Below, piece after piece: positions 1 through 9,617 of a stretch of DNA of 64,000 nucleotides. The stretch is from NCBI GenBank assembly GCA_965203355.1, contig OZ241889.1, positions 3,360,001 through 3,424,000 of the forward strand. Direction: 5' to 3'. The notes beneath the pieces are model-generated. The model searched no databases. It was given only the letters and a program-made list of their open reading frames with translations, and was not told the DNA's origin. A program made the position numbers and the translations under genes. The DNA is from Candidatus Latescibacterota bacterium. Lineage in GTDB: Bacteria > Latescibacterota > UBA2968 > UBA8231. Within the stretch, counting starts at the first letter, position 1. Every line of letters begins with the position of its first letter.

Positions 1-441
1 TGGCCCGGTCACGCGCCGGCCCACCCGACCGCGTGCGTGGTGGTGAACATCTCTCCGCACGATGTGACCGAAGAAAACGGGGCGGTGGAGCTGTGGCCGG
101 GGACGCATCTACACACTTTCCCGGCCACAGTGATCGACGAGAAAACCGAAGCGGCGCAAAGGAAGGTTGCTCCCCCCGTAAGCGGGTGCGCGAAAAAGGG
201 CAGCGTACTCATTCGGGACATTAGGCTCTGGCATCGAGGGGTTCCGAATCGCTCGGCTCGGCCGCGGCATATGATCGCGCAGGTTCAATGTATCTCTTGG
301 TACAGGAATCGCGGACCGCTGATGTTCAACACCGGTTGCGAAAGGGCCTTTCCCGATGATTGCGGTCTAAATCACAATGCGGAATTCATTGAAGAGCCGA
401 TTGATTATCTATTGCTCAATCGGTCGGGGGACAAAAAGTAG
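1..441 (+). CDS. Phytanoyl-CoA dioxygenase (PhyH) family protein, 5'-partial
   Basis: Frame is open to the window edge. Motifs VNISPHDVTEENGAVELWPGTH and GSVLIRDIRLWHRGVPNRS match the Fe(II)/2OG PhyH C-terminal half. Confidence 0.85.
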   Translation, partial: WPGHAPAHPTACVVVNISPHDVTEENGAVELWPGTHLHTFPATVIDEKTEAAQRKVAPPVSGCAKKGSVLIRDIRLWHRGVPNRSARPRHMIAQVQCISWYRNRGPLMFNTGCERAFPDDCGLNHNAEFIEEPIDYLLLNRSGDKK

Positions 442-494
442 CGAGCGGCGACTCGGCGCGATACCGCCCCGGGCCGTCCAAGCTGGTATTAATT

Positions 495-1154
495 TCAGCC
501 GCCAAAATTATAGGACACAGCCAGTTTCAGCCGCCGTCCCTTGGGGTCGTGGGTGAAGCCGTCATACGCTTGCTCAATGTTCACCAGCGGCGGCCGAGTG
601 CCGAGCAGGTTCATCCCGGACAGCGCGATGTGGACGCCTTCGGACACGTCCCAGAGAAAGCTCACATCCCAAGTGGCAAACGAGTCAATGGTGCCGAATA
701 GCTCTCTAACTTTCTCTGTATCGGAAGCCATCGATCCCCGGTCTTTGTACGACGAAATGTAGTTCAAAAAGCTCACGAGGCGGTAGCCTTCCCAGTGATA
801 GCCCGCCGACACCCGCCCCTTCAATCTCGGCAGCGAAGTCGCAATGGGATTGCCAAAGTTTAGATAGCCGGCCGCGTCTGTTCCCTCTTGCAATACTAGA
901 TTGCCAAACATCAGAGCCTTCGTCCGGTACTCCAACGTGTACGTAGCATCCAAGCCGAGCGAAAATTCCCCGGCGCCAGCCGCCGTGCGCCCACCCAAAT
1001 GCAAATCAATGCCCGAGGTCTTGACCCCTGGCCAATTGATGATATCAACTTGCACTCGCTCGAGTTCGGAGGCCGCGCACGTGCCCGTGCCGACCCCGTC
1101 TGGGCAGACAATGAACTGCTTCAGGGCCTCCTTATTCGCTTCGTCGGCATATAA
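495..1154 (-). pseudogene. TonB-dependent receptor, C-terminal beta-barrel fragment truncated at IS end
   Basis: Motifs IINWPGVKTSGIDL, IDSFATWDVSF, NLLGTRPP and DPKGRRLKLAVSYNF are typical of TonB-receptor C-termini. The frame continues upstream of 1055 (YADEANKEALKQFIVCPDG...) to the IS boundary. Plug domain and most of the barrel are absent. Confidence 0.8.
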
Positions 1155-2082
1155 GAAGCGTTTTTAAAATTCATTTTTTTTAGCGATTCGCTTGAGTATC
1201 AAATGGATCATCGCGATTTGGATAAAGGCTTCACTATTGCAAGTTAGGTGCTCGTAGTCTTTGGCATGGACTCGATAGTTGAGTAGCCAAGCAAACGTTC
1301 GTTCGACGACCCAACGACGAGGGAGCACCTCAAAGCCGGAGCCTTGTCTGGATACGACTTCAAGGTCTATTTTGTGCGTTTTTTTTTTGAGCCACCCATT
1401 GCCTAAGCGGCGCGCCTTTATAGGCTCCATCCACCCACAGCTTGCGTAACCTTTGTACCGTGGGTGAAAAGTAGGTTTTCAACAAGGTCTTCAAGCCGTC
1501 GGCATCCGAGGTCGAAGCAGCGGTCACCACACACTCAATCAGACGACCCTCGGTGTCGACCAACAGATGGCGTTTGCGTCCTTTAACCTTCTTGCCGGCA
1601 TCGTATCCAACACTTTTACCTTGGGTGGCCGTGGTAACGCTCTGCGCGTCCACGATCCCCGCCGACGGGGTCGGTGCCCGGCCGTGCTGGATGCGATCCT
1701 GCCTGGTTAGGGCGTCGAGTATCTGTGGCCAAACCCCTTGTTGACGCCAGCGATTGAAGTAGCCATACACCGTTTGCCAAGGCCCAAAACACCGCGGCAG
1801 CATCGGCCAAGGACACCCGGTTTTAGCCCGATACAGTAGACCATTCATCACCAAACGCACCGCCCGAGGTGGCCGACCCGGACCCCCTTGACGCCAACGG
1901 CCCCGAGGCAGCAGACGAGCAAGTAACAGCCATTGTGCATCGGTCAAATCCGTCGCATATTCTACACCGGGCGTACCCATATATAACCCCCCTTTCAGGC
2001 TTTGTGATGAAACCTAAAGGTCGGTTCATGGGTACGTCCTTTCAAGGGAAAATCAACTAAAAGTGAATTTTAAAAAGGCTTC
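1155..2082 (-). mobile_element. IS5-family insertion sequence (IS1031-like), 928 bp
   Basis: Terminal inverted repeats GAAGCGTTTTTAAAATTCATTTT (1155-1177) and reverse complement of 2060-2082 match at 21/23. TAA flanks both sides (1152-1154, 2083-2085). A DDE transposase lies inside. Confidence 0.92.
1164..1980 (-). CDS. IS5-family DDE transposase split by a +1 frameshift at an A10 run
   Basis: ORF 1360-1980 ([43 protein letters not shown]) plus ORF 1164-1430 ([12 protein letters not shown]). T10 lies at 1379-1388 on the + strand; removing one base gives a single 271-aa ORF. Confidence 0.88.
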
Positions 2083-2179
2083 TAAGAGAAAATTTATAGG
2101 TGTTGTCTGAGTCGGGTTTTGGTGAAGAAAACAAGAGCGACAAAAAGGTCGCTATGGATAGATAAGAACCGTTTCGCAT
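2083..2179 (-). pseudogene. Orphan gene start with signal-peptide-like N-terminus, possibly the 5' end of the TonB receptor
   Basis: AGGAG RBS (2185-2189) then ATG at 2179: MRNGSYLSIATFLSLLFSSP..., running into the IS end. Confidence 0.4.
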
Positions 2180-2293
2180 TTTTGCTCCTTCTCAATTAGA
2201 TATATAAATAGTGATAGCCTATTAGTTCGCTTTCGTCAAAGATGACCTCATTGATGACGTATGACGCCGCTGGTGTGGTAGGCCGCGGTTGGG

Positions 2294-2737
2294 TCAGAGC
2301 TTGATGACGGCGACGAGGACGCCGGTAATGGTCACTAACGTGCCCATCATCCACAGGAAATAGGTGTCCATGCGCTTGTGGACGGCGCGAATCTGCTCGC
2401 TCAAGTCGCGGTTGGTCTCGTCGATGCGCTTATTGGTTTCGTCGATGCGGTTGCCCAAGTCGCGGCTGGTCTCTTTGATGCTATCGTTCAATAAGCGGTT
2501 GGTCTCGTCGATGCGGTTGCCCAAGTCGCGGTTGGTCTCTTTGATGGCATCATTCAATAAGCAGTTGGTCTCGTCGATGCGGTTGTGGACGATTCCTATT
2601 TCGGTGCGTAGGGCTTGGATGTCGTCGTGCGATTGGGTGCGTAGGGCTTGGATGTCGTCGTGCAGATAGCTAATACTCCAAGGCATTTCTTCGGGGGCGG
2701 GGATCGCACGAGGTTGCGGGTCGACGCTTTTGCTCAT
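2294..2737 (-). CDS. Hendecad-repeat coiled-coil protein with C-terminal membrane anchor (DUF1640/CCDC90/Bdr-like architecture)
   Basis: 11-residue repeats RIDETNRDLGN / HDDIQALRTQS. C-terminal TM segment YFLWMMGTLVTITGVLVAVIKL. AGGAG RBS upstream. Confidence 0.7.
   Translation of the reverse strand: MSKSVDPQPRAIPAPEEMPWSISYLHDDIQALRTQSHDDIQALRTEIGIVHNRIDETNCLLNDAIKETNRDLGNRIDETNRLLNDSIKETSRDLGNRIDETNKRIDETNRDLSEQIRAVHKRMDTYFLWMMGTLVTITGVLVAVIKL
2410..2663. repeat. Coding tandem repeats, 33-bp period
   Basis: Repeated gttggtctcgtcgatgcggttg / ctctttgatg units. A 28-bp exact repeat occurs at 2603-2630 and 2636-2663. Confidence 0.85.
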
Positions 2738-2934
2738 GGCTACAGCTCCTGTGTCAGAAGAGGTTATTGAAATATAAACCGAGTGCTAACAAACACCAAC
2801 AAGTGGCTTGTTGTACATAGCAATATTGATGCCAGCGTCGATAGTCTGATAAAGCGGCTTGTGAGCGACGCCCACTGGGTCGAATCGCATCCATCAATGG
2901 ATACTAAAGGGCACTAAGAAGCACGTTGCGTTTC

Positions 2935-3987
2935 TTAGATCCACCCGTGCTGAGTGGTCACGGGCGCGCCGGAAGCTTGGGTCTGCCAATGCGGCTTGCG
3001 GCCGATTTTGACCTCGCGGCGGGTGAGAGACGAGGCTTCGGCGGCGAAGAGGATTTCCATGATGTGCCGCCCGTATTGGCCGTGGGTCGGCGGCTCGATG
3101 TTGTGCATAATGGCCTCGGCAAAACTCTTCCACTCGTGGTACATCTCGGTCGGCGCGTCCTCAAATGGGACGTCTGTCCACGTATCGCCCTGCCCTATTT
3201 TGACGTATTTCTCGCCGTGTTGGCTGAAGCGCAGCGAGCCGTTGGCGCAGATCACTTGGCATTCAAAGTTCGGCGCTCCGTCTGCGTATCCCACGGCAAC
3301 GGCCGTGCCGGCGAGGCCATTCTTGTAGCGGATAAAGGCTGTGGCCGAGTCGTCGCTGGCTTGGTAGTGAGCGCGAGTGCCAATGGCGGCCGAGACCGAC
3401 GCGGCTTGCGAAGCCATCACCCACGTGAGCCGATCGACGACGTGGACGCCGTTGGTCAACCACATGCCGCCGCCGTGAAAGCGACTGCGGTATTGGGGCC
3501 GACGGCCGGCAAAGTTCCAGTTTTTCGACATGTAGCTGACCGCCGTAATCACCGGGCCGAGTTGGCCGGAGTCGAGGATTTCCTTGGCCTTGAGGCTGGT
3601 GCTGTAAAAGTGTTGCGACAGCCCGACCATCAGCTTGACATTGTTCTCGGCGGCCGCGGCTACCATGGCATCGCATTGCGCTAGATCGATGGCCATGGGC
3701 TTTTCGACGAGGACGTGTTTGCCGGCGCGGCAGGCGTCGATGGTTAGCTGGTGGTGTAGCTGGTGGCCGAGCACGATGGCGACCGCATCGACGTCGGCGT
3801 CGGCCAAGAGTTCGCGGTGCGTTGAATAGCCCTTGGGGATGTGGTATTGGTCCATGTACTCGCGCCGCTTCTCGGCGAAGAGATCGGCGACTGCAACGAC
3901 TTCTACTGGGTCGAGTTGGGCGATTGCATCGCAGTGAGAGCGGGCGATGCCGCCGAGGCCAATGAGGCCGCCTTTGAGCGTTGTCAT
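2935..3987 (-). CDS. Gfo/Idh/MocA family oxidoreductase
   Basis: Rossmann motif GLIGLGGIA, AGKHVLVEKPMA, GGGMWLTNGVHVVD. Confidence 0.93.
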   Translation of the reverse strand: MTTLKGGLIGLGGIARSHCDAIAQLDPVEVVAVADLFAEKRREYMDQYHIPKGYSTHRELLADADVDAVAIVLGHQLHHQLTIDACRAGKHVLVEKPMAIDLAQCDAMVAAAAENNVKLMVGLSQHFYSTSLKAKEILDSGQLGPVITAVSYMSKNWNFAGRRPQYRSRFHGGGMWLTNGVHVVDRLTWVMASQAASVSAAIGTRAHYQASDDSATAFIRYKNGLAGTAVAVGYADGAPNFECQVICANGSLRFSQHGEKYVKIGQGDTWTDVPFEDAPTEMYHEWKSFAEAIMHNIEPPTHGQYGRHIMEILFAAEASSLTRREVKIGRKPHWQTQASGAPVTTQHGWI

Positions 3988-4061
3988 AGGATGTCCTTTA
4001 GTGTGAATGAGAAAATGCTAAGTATAGACGGCGGTTTGATCGGCGACAAATTAGCGCATGT

Positions 4062-4090
4062 TTGCACCAAAATAGATAATGCCCTAAGAT
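4062..4090 (+). promoter_or_regulatory. Putative sigma70 promoter (TTGCAC-17-TAAGAT), probably giving a leaderless mRNA
   Basis: The -10 box ends 6 nt before the ATG at 4097, and no SD sequence is present. Confidence 0.45.
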
Positions 4091-4096
4091 GCCCTA

Positions 4097-6040
4097 ATGC
4101 CCGGTAATTTTACCTATCGCTCGTTCGCCGTGGGCGCGTTGCTCTCGCTGGCGATCAACATGTTCTTCGCCTACGCCCGGCTGGCGATGGCCACCGCGGG
4201 CATGTCCTCGGATTACATCACCGCCGGCGCGGTTTTCCTGTTTTTCCTGGTGGTGGCTTTTATCAATCCCGCGCTCAAGCTAATGCGCCGTTCTTGGGGC
4301 TTTAATCGCTCCGAATTGATCGTCATTTACGCGATGATGATCATCGGCTCGGCGATTCCTACGTGGGGATTTACGGGCAATTTGATCGCCATGTTGCCCA
4401 ACATTTACTACTATGCTACGCCCGAAAACAACTGGTCGGAATTGTTGCATCCTTATGTCCGCGAGTGGATGGTGCCGCAGGATCCAGACGCGATCAAGTA
4501 TTTCTTCGAGGGCTTGCCCAAAGGGCAACCCATTCCTTGGGAACACTGGATGGTGCCGCTGGCGGCTTGGGTCTCGTTCATTTTGGCGATCTACTTGATG
4601 ATGATTTCCATTGCGTCGATCGTCCGCCGCCAATGGGTTGACTACGACCGCTTGACCTTTCCGCTGTTGCAGTTACCTATCGACTTGACCGAAGAAGGCC
4701 AGCGCGGGGCCATCATCGGGCCGCTGTTCAAAAAGCCGCTTTTGTGGATCGGGTTTGCGCTGCCTTTTGTGCTACACAGTACCAACGCCCTAAACCACTA
4801 TTTTCCCTTTATCCCAGCGGTGCAGTTGCGCCACAACATCTCGCTGTTTAACAACGCGCTGGGGCTGACGACGAATGTGAACTTCGCGGCGCTGGGGCTG
4901 GCGTACTTTTTGAGCTTAGACGTGGGGTTGAGCATTTGGCTTTTCCACTTGTTGACCAAAGCGCAGATCACCACTGAGAATGTCCTCGGCTATTCACTGC
5001 CCGGCCGCCGCGATCTGTTTATGGAAGGCTCGATGTCGGTGTCCTACGAGGGGATGGGGGCCATGCTGGTGCTGGTGCTCTACGGGCTGTGGAACAGCCG
5101 CGGCTATCTGCGACGGGTCTGGCGCAAGGCGCTGTACAACGAGGGCGGGCTAGACGATTCGCAGGAGATACTCTCGTATCGGGCGGCGCTCATCATCTTG
5201 GTTTTGGCCAGCGCGTACGCTACCGTCTGGCTGACCTTATCGGGCATACCGTGGTGGGTGGCGCTGTTTTTTCTTTTTGTCGCCTTTTGCATCTTCTACG
5301 GATTGACGCGCATTGTCGCCGAGGGTGGGTTGGGTTTTGCGCGGGCGCAGATGACGGCGCAGCCGTTTGTGATTGATGCCGTGGGCACGGAGGCGATTGG
5401 GCCGTCCGGGTTGGTGAGTTTGGGGATGACCTTTAGCTGGGCGGGCGACCTGCGGACTATGGTGATGGCCTCGGCGATCAACGGGCTCAAGCTGGCCGAT
5501 GTGGGCCAAGTGCGCGGGCGACCGCTGTTTTGGGCGTTGATGCTCTCGATTGTGGTCGGCTTGGCTGGCTCGATCTGGATGGTGGTGTGGATGGGCTACC
5601 AGTACGGGGGAATCAATTTAGACTGGTGGTTCTACAATCGCTTCGGCGAGATCATCCACGGCGACTCGGCCTACAAGATCGCCAATCCAAGGCACCCCTT
5701 AAACGACTTTGGCGAGATCGGGCCGCGCTTCATGTTCGCGGGCATTGGCGCGGCGCTCATGGGGCTGTTGATGTACGCCCGGCACCACTTTCTCTGGTGG
5801 CCGGTACACTACCTCGGCTTCCCCATCGGCGCGACCCTGACGATCATCTGGACGTGGTTTGGGATTTTCATCGGCTGGGTTCTCAAGGCCCTAGTGCTCA
5901 AATACGGCGGCGTGACGCTCTACCGGCAGCTACGGCCTTTGTTTTTAGGGTTGATTTTAGGACACATTTTTGTCTCGGGATTCTGGGTGTTCTTCGACTA
6001 TGTCACCGGGGAGACCGGCAATCGAATTCCGATTTTTTGA
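4097..6040 (+). CDS. Polytopic membrane transporter-like protein (DUF6785/DUF6784 family)
   Basis: Many TM helices; family motifs YYATPENNW, RRQWVDYDRLTFPL, RIVAEGG, WWPVHYLGF, RPLFLGLILG. Paralogue of 21154-23052. Confidence 0.75.
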   Translation: MPGNFTYRSFAVGALLSLAINMFFAYARLAMATAGMSSDYITAGAVFLFFLVVAFINPALKLMRRSWGFNRSELIVIYAMMIIGSAIPTWGFTGNLIAMLPNIYYYATPENNWSELLHPYVREWMVPQDPDAIKYFFEGLPKGQPIPWEHWMVPLAAWVSFILAIYLMMISIASIVRRQWVDYDRLTFPLLQLPIDLTEEGQRGAIIGPLFKKPLLWIGFALPFVLHSTNALNHYFPFIPAVQLRHNISLFNNALGLTTNVNFAALGLAYFLSLDVGLSIWLFHLLTKAQITTENVLGYSLPGRRDLFMEGSMSVSYEGMGAMLVLVLYGLWNSRGYLRRVWRKALYNEGGLDDSQEILSYRAALIILVLASAYATVWLTLSGIPWWVALFFLFVAFCIFYGLTRIVAEGGLGFARAQMTAQPFVIDAVGTEAIGPSGLVSLGMTFSWAGDLRTMVMASAINGLKLADVGQVRGRPLFWALMLSIVVGLAGSIWMVVWMGYQYGGINLDWWFYNRFGEIIHGDSAYKIANPRHPLNDFGEIGPRFMFAGIGAALMGLLMYARHHFLWWPVHYLGFPIGATLTIIWTWFGIFIGWVLKALVLKYGGVTLYRQLRPLFLGLILGHIFVSGFWVFFDYVTGETGNRIPIF

Positions 6041-6053
6041 GGAGGAAAAATCA

Positions 6054-7082
6054 ATGCAAGCAGCAGACCGAGCAAGCATTGGCCCGCACGGCTTGGAGGT
6101 AACGCGCTTGGGGTTGGGCGGCACGACCTTTGGCAATATGTACTCGGTGCTGAGCGAGCAGGAGGGGTTGGCCGTGCTAGACGCGGCCTTTGCGGCTGGG
6201 GTGCGCTACTTTGACACGGCGCCGCTGTACGGTTACGGCCTGAGCGAGACGCGCTTGGGGCCGGGGCTGGCGCGCTACAACCGCGACGAGATCGTCCTGT
6301 CCTCGAAAGTGGGCTATGCGCTGGCCGAGCGAAAGCCCGGCGACCGCTACGTCGAGCTGTTCGTCGACGCGCCTGAGATGACCAGCTATTTCGATTACTC
6401 GCGCGACGCGGTGCTGCGTTCGATTGAGGGGAGTTTGGCGCGGCTCAAAATGGATCGCCTCGACATGGTGCTGATCCACGACCCGGACGAGTCGAGGAGC
6501 ATTGAGCCGGATTGGACGCCGGGCGAGCGGGGATACTTCGATCAAGTGATGGCCGAAACCTATCCTGCGCTCGACGAGCTGCGCCAGCAAAAGGTGATCA
6601 AGGCCCTCGGCTTGGGCATGAACCAGTGGCAGATGCTGGCCGACTTTGCCCGGGCTGGGGATTTCGACGCCTTTTTGCTGGCTGGCCGCTATACGCTGTT
6701 GGAGCAGGAATCGCTGCGCGAGTTGTTGCCGCTGTGCTTGGAGCAGGGGGTGCGGATCGTCATTGGCGGGCCGTACAATTCGGGCATTTTGGCTACCGGA
6801 GCGGTCGCCGGTGCGCGTTACAACTACGCGCCCGCACCGCGCGATGTGCTGGAAAAGGTGCGCCGCATTGAAGCGGTTTGTGCGCGGCACCGGGTGCCTT
6901 TGCCGGCCGCGGCGCTGCAATTTCCCTTTGGCCATCCGGCCGTGGCGACCGTCATTCCCGGGGCGCGGACCGTCGCGGAAGTCACCGCCAATGTGGATTG
7001 CTTAGCGCACGCCATTCCCGCCGACTGTTGGGCCGAGCTCAAACGAGAAGGGCTGATCGATGCGGCGGCGCCCACGCCTTAG
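6054..7082 (+). CDS. Aldo/keto reductase (D-threo-aldose/L-fucose dehydrogenase-like)
   Basis: YFDTAPLYGYGLSE, SSKVG, FDYSRD, IHDPD, LLAGRYTLLEQ. GGAGG RBS before the ATG at 6054. Confidence 0.9.
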   Translation: MQAADRASIGPHGLEVTRLGLGGTTFGNMYSVLSEQEGLAVLDAAFAAGVRYFDTAPLYGYGLSETRLGPGLARYNRDEIVLSSKVGYALAERKPGDRYVELFVDAPEMTSYFDYSRDAVLRSIEGSLARLKMDRLDMVLIHDPDESRSIEPDWTPGERGYFDQVMAETYPALDELRQQKVIKALGLGMNQWQMLADFARAGDFDAFLLAGRYTLLEQESLRELLPLCLEQGVRIVIGGPYNSGILATGAVAGARYNYAPAPRDVLEKVRRIEAVCARHRVPLPAAALQFPFGHPAVATVIPGARTVAEVTANVDCLAHAIPADCWAELKREGLIDAAAPTP

Positions 7083-7119
7083 TTTAGGTATTCCCCATTC
7101 ACGACGAGGAGTAAGCACC

Positions 7120-9603
7120 ATGTCCAACTGGCCGATGCTCAAGCACTACGATCGCGATCATCTCGCCCGCATTGCCATGCCCATTGGCGGCATTGGCACG
7201 GGCACGGTTTCACTGGGCGGACGCGGGGATTTGCGCGATTGGGAACTGATGAACCGCCCGGCCAAGGGATTTGTGCCAAAGCGCGAAGGGAGCCGAGAAG
7301 GCGGCCCATTTTTTGCCCTGTACGCCAAACCCGCTGGCGGCCCTTCCGTCGCCCGGGCGCTCGAAGGGCCGGTGGATGTAGCCTCATACCAAGGTGCGAG
7401 CGGCAGTGTGGCGGTCAATCACGGCTTGCCGCGCTTTGCACACTGTGCGTTTGCCGCGGCCTATCCGCTGGCCGCGGTCCAGCTGTCCGATCCACAAGTT
7501 CCGGTCGCGGTTTGTCTCGAAGCGTTTAACCCGCTCATTCCCGCCAACGCCGATGACAGCGGCATCCCCATCGCGGTGCTGCGCTATACGCTGACCAATC
7601 GGACCAACAAGCGCGTTTCGGCTTCGGTGTGCGGCTCGCTGCCCAATTTCATTGGCAACGATGGCGTGGAAGCGTTGGCGCGGGCCAATCGCAACAGCTT
7701 TCGCCAAGCCAGGCATTGTCAGGGCATTTTCATGAATAGCGAAGGGGTTGATCCGGGCGCCATCAGCTACGGCACGATGGCCCTGACCACCACGGCCAAA
7801 ACCGGCCTTACCTATCGCACGGCTTGGAAAAAAGCCGGGTGGGGCACGTCGCTGCTCGACTTTTGGGACGACTTTGCCGCCGACGGACGAGTGGAAAATC
7901 GCCCCAGCGAAGGAGCGGACATGCCGAGTGCGTCGCTCGCGGTGCGCACCACCATTTTGCCCCGGGCGCACAAGACCATCGCCTTTTTGCTAACGTGGCA
8001 CTTTCCCAATCGGCACACGTGGTCGCCGGGCGACGATCCCTATATTGGCAACTACTATGCGAAGCACTATGGCAATGCGTGGGACGTGGCCGACCAAACC
8101 GCGCCGAGGCTCAAAAAGCTCGAGCAACAGACCGTGCGCTTTGTCTCCGCCTTCGCGGCCAGCGACCTGCCCGCGGTCGTAAAGGAAGCCGCTCTGTTCA
8201 ATCTCAGCACCCTGCGGACGCAAACGTGCTTTCGCACGCCCGATGGACGTTTATTTGGCTGGGAAGGATACAACGATCACAGCGGCTGCTGCATGGGTTC
8301 CTGTACGCATGTGTGGAATTACGAGCAAAGTACGGCGTTCCTCTTTGGCGAGCTGGCCCGCACGATGCGCGATACCGAATTCAAGTACGCCACCGACGAC
8401 CAGGGCCTGATGAACTTTCGCGTCCACTTGCCGCTCAGCCGCGCCCAAGAATTTGGCAAAGCCGCGGCCGACGGTCAGCTCGGCTGCATTATGAAAGTCT
8501 ATCGCGACTGGCAGCTTTGCGGCGACGATGCCTTCCTACAATCGCTTTGGCCAAAGGTCAAAAAGGCCCTTGAGTTTTGCTGGATCGAAGGGGGATGGGA
8601 CGGCGATGGCGACGGGGTTATGGAGGGCTGTCAGCACAATACCATGGATGTTGAATACTACGGCCCTAATCCACAAATGGGGATCTGGTATCTGGGTGCT
8701 CTGCGCGCCGGCGAGGAAATGGCGGCCTACCTGGGCGAAGCCGACTTTGCCCAAACCTGCCGGCGGCTCTACAAGCGTGGCCGCGCCTACCTTGACGAGC
8801 AATTGTTCAATGGCGAATACTACGAGCATCGCATTGAGCCACCGCAAAAAGTGGCCGCATCGCTGCGGTTGGGCATGGGCGCGGCCGAACTCTCCGATCC
8901 CGATTACCAACTCGGGCGCGGTTGTCTGGTCGATCAGCTCGTCGGCCAGCTTTTCGCCCACGTCTGCGGCTTGGGCTATCTAACCAAACGCGCCCACGTG
9001 CGCCAAACGCTCAGGAGCATCCGCCAGTACAACCACCGCAAAAAGCTGACGGGTCACTTCAACTGCATGCGCTCTTATGCCTTGGGCGATGAAGCGGCCT
9101 TGCTCATGGCGAGCTATCCCCACGAGCGGCCCGACAACCCCTTTCCCTATTTCACGGAAGTGATGACCGGGTTTGAATACACGGCGGCGATTGGCATGCT
9201 CTACGAGGGGCAGCGCAAAAACGGGCTGCAAACCATGCGCGACATTCGCAATCGCTACGATGGAGCCAAACGCAGTCCCTTTGACGAAGCCGAATGCGGT
9301 CATCACTACGCCCGGGCCATGGTGGCTTGGGCCGGGGTGCTGGCGCTGACGGGGTTTCATTATTCGGGGGTTACAAAGTCCATCGCCTTTGCCGCCGAGC
9401 TAGGGCGCTTTTTCTGGTCCAATGGCGCTGCTTGGGGTACGGTGCGGATTGCCCGGTGCGCGTCGGGCTATCGCATTGTCTTGGATGTTTTGTATGGGCA
9501 GATCAAAGTTAAGCATTTCAGGCTGACCGGCGTGGGCGAGCACACCTTTGATCGGGTGCTCGTGCTGCGCGAGCATAGTCAGCGGACTTTTGTCGTGGGA
9601 TGA
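7120..9603 (+). CDS. GH116 glycoside hydrolase (non-lysosomal glucosylceramidase-like)
   Basis: MPIGGIGTG, WEG...GCC.GSCTHVWNYEQ, AADGQLG, QHNTMDVE, ECGHHYARAM. GAGGAG RBS. Confidence 0.9.
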   Translation: MSNWPMLKHYDRDHLARIAMPIGGIGTGTVSLGGRGDLRDWELMNRPAKGFVPKREGSREGGPFFALYAKPAGGPSVARALEGPVDVASYQGASGSVAVNHGLPRFAHCAFAAAYPLAAVQLSDPQVPVAVCLEAFNPLIPANADDSGIPIAVLRYTLTNRTNKRVSASVCGSLPNFIGNDGVEALARANRNSFRQARHCQGIFMNSEGVDPGAISYGTMALTTTAKTGLTYRTAWKKAGWGTSLLDFWDDFAADGRVENRPSEGADMPSASLAVRTTILPRAHKTIAFLLTWHFPNRHTWSPGDDPYIGNYYAKHYGNAWDVADQTAPRLKKLEQQTVRFVSAFAASDLPAVVKEAALFNLSTLRTQTCFRTPDGRLFGWEGYNDHSGCCMGSCTHVWNYEQSTAFLFGELARTMRDTEFKYATDDQGLMNFRVHLPLSRAQEFGKAAADGQLGCIMKVYRDWQLCGDDAFLQSLWPKVKKALEFCWIEGGWDGDGDGVMEGCQHNTMDVEYYGPNPQMGIWYLGALRAGEEMAAYLGEADFAQTCRRLYKRGRAYLDEQLFNGEYYEHRIEPPQKVAASLRLGMGAAELSDPDYQLGRGCLVDQLVGQLFAHVCGLGYLTKRAHVRQTLRSIRQYNHRKKLTGHFNCMRSYALGDEAALLMASYPHERPDNPFPYFTEVMTGFEYTAAIGMLYEGQRKNGLQTMRDIRNRYDGAKRSPFDEAECGHHYARAMVAWAGVLALTGFHYSGVTKSIAFAAELGRFFWSNGAAWGTVRIARCASGYRIVLDVLYGQIKVKHFRLTGVGEHTFDRVLVLREHSQRTFVVG

Positions 9604-9617
9604 AAGGAGCATACAAC

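Noticed and set aside
2205-2226. Fur box upstream of the putative TonB receptor start
   Set aside because: AT-rich, with only loose similarity to GATAATGATAATCATTATC.
2763-2789. CIRCE element (GAGTGCTAA at 2781-2789)
   Set aside because: Only the right half-site is present; the left half TTAGCACTC is absent and no chaperone gene is adjacent.
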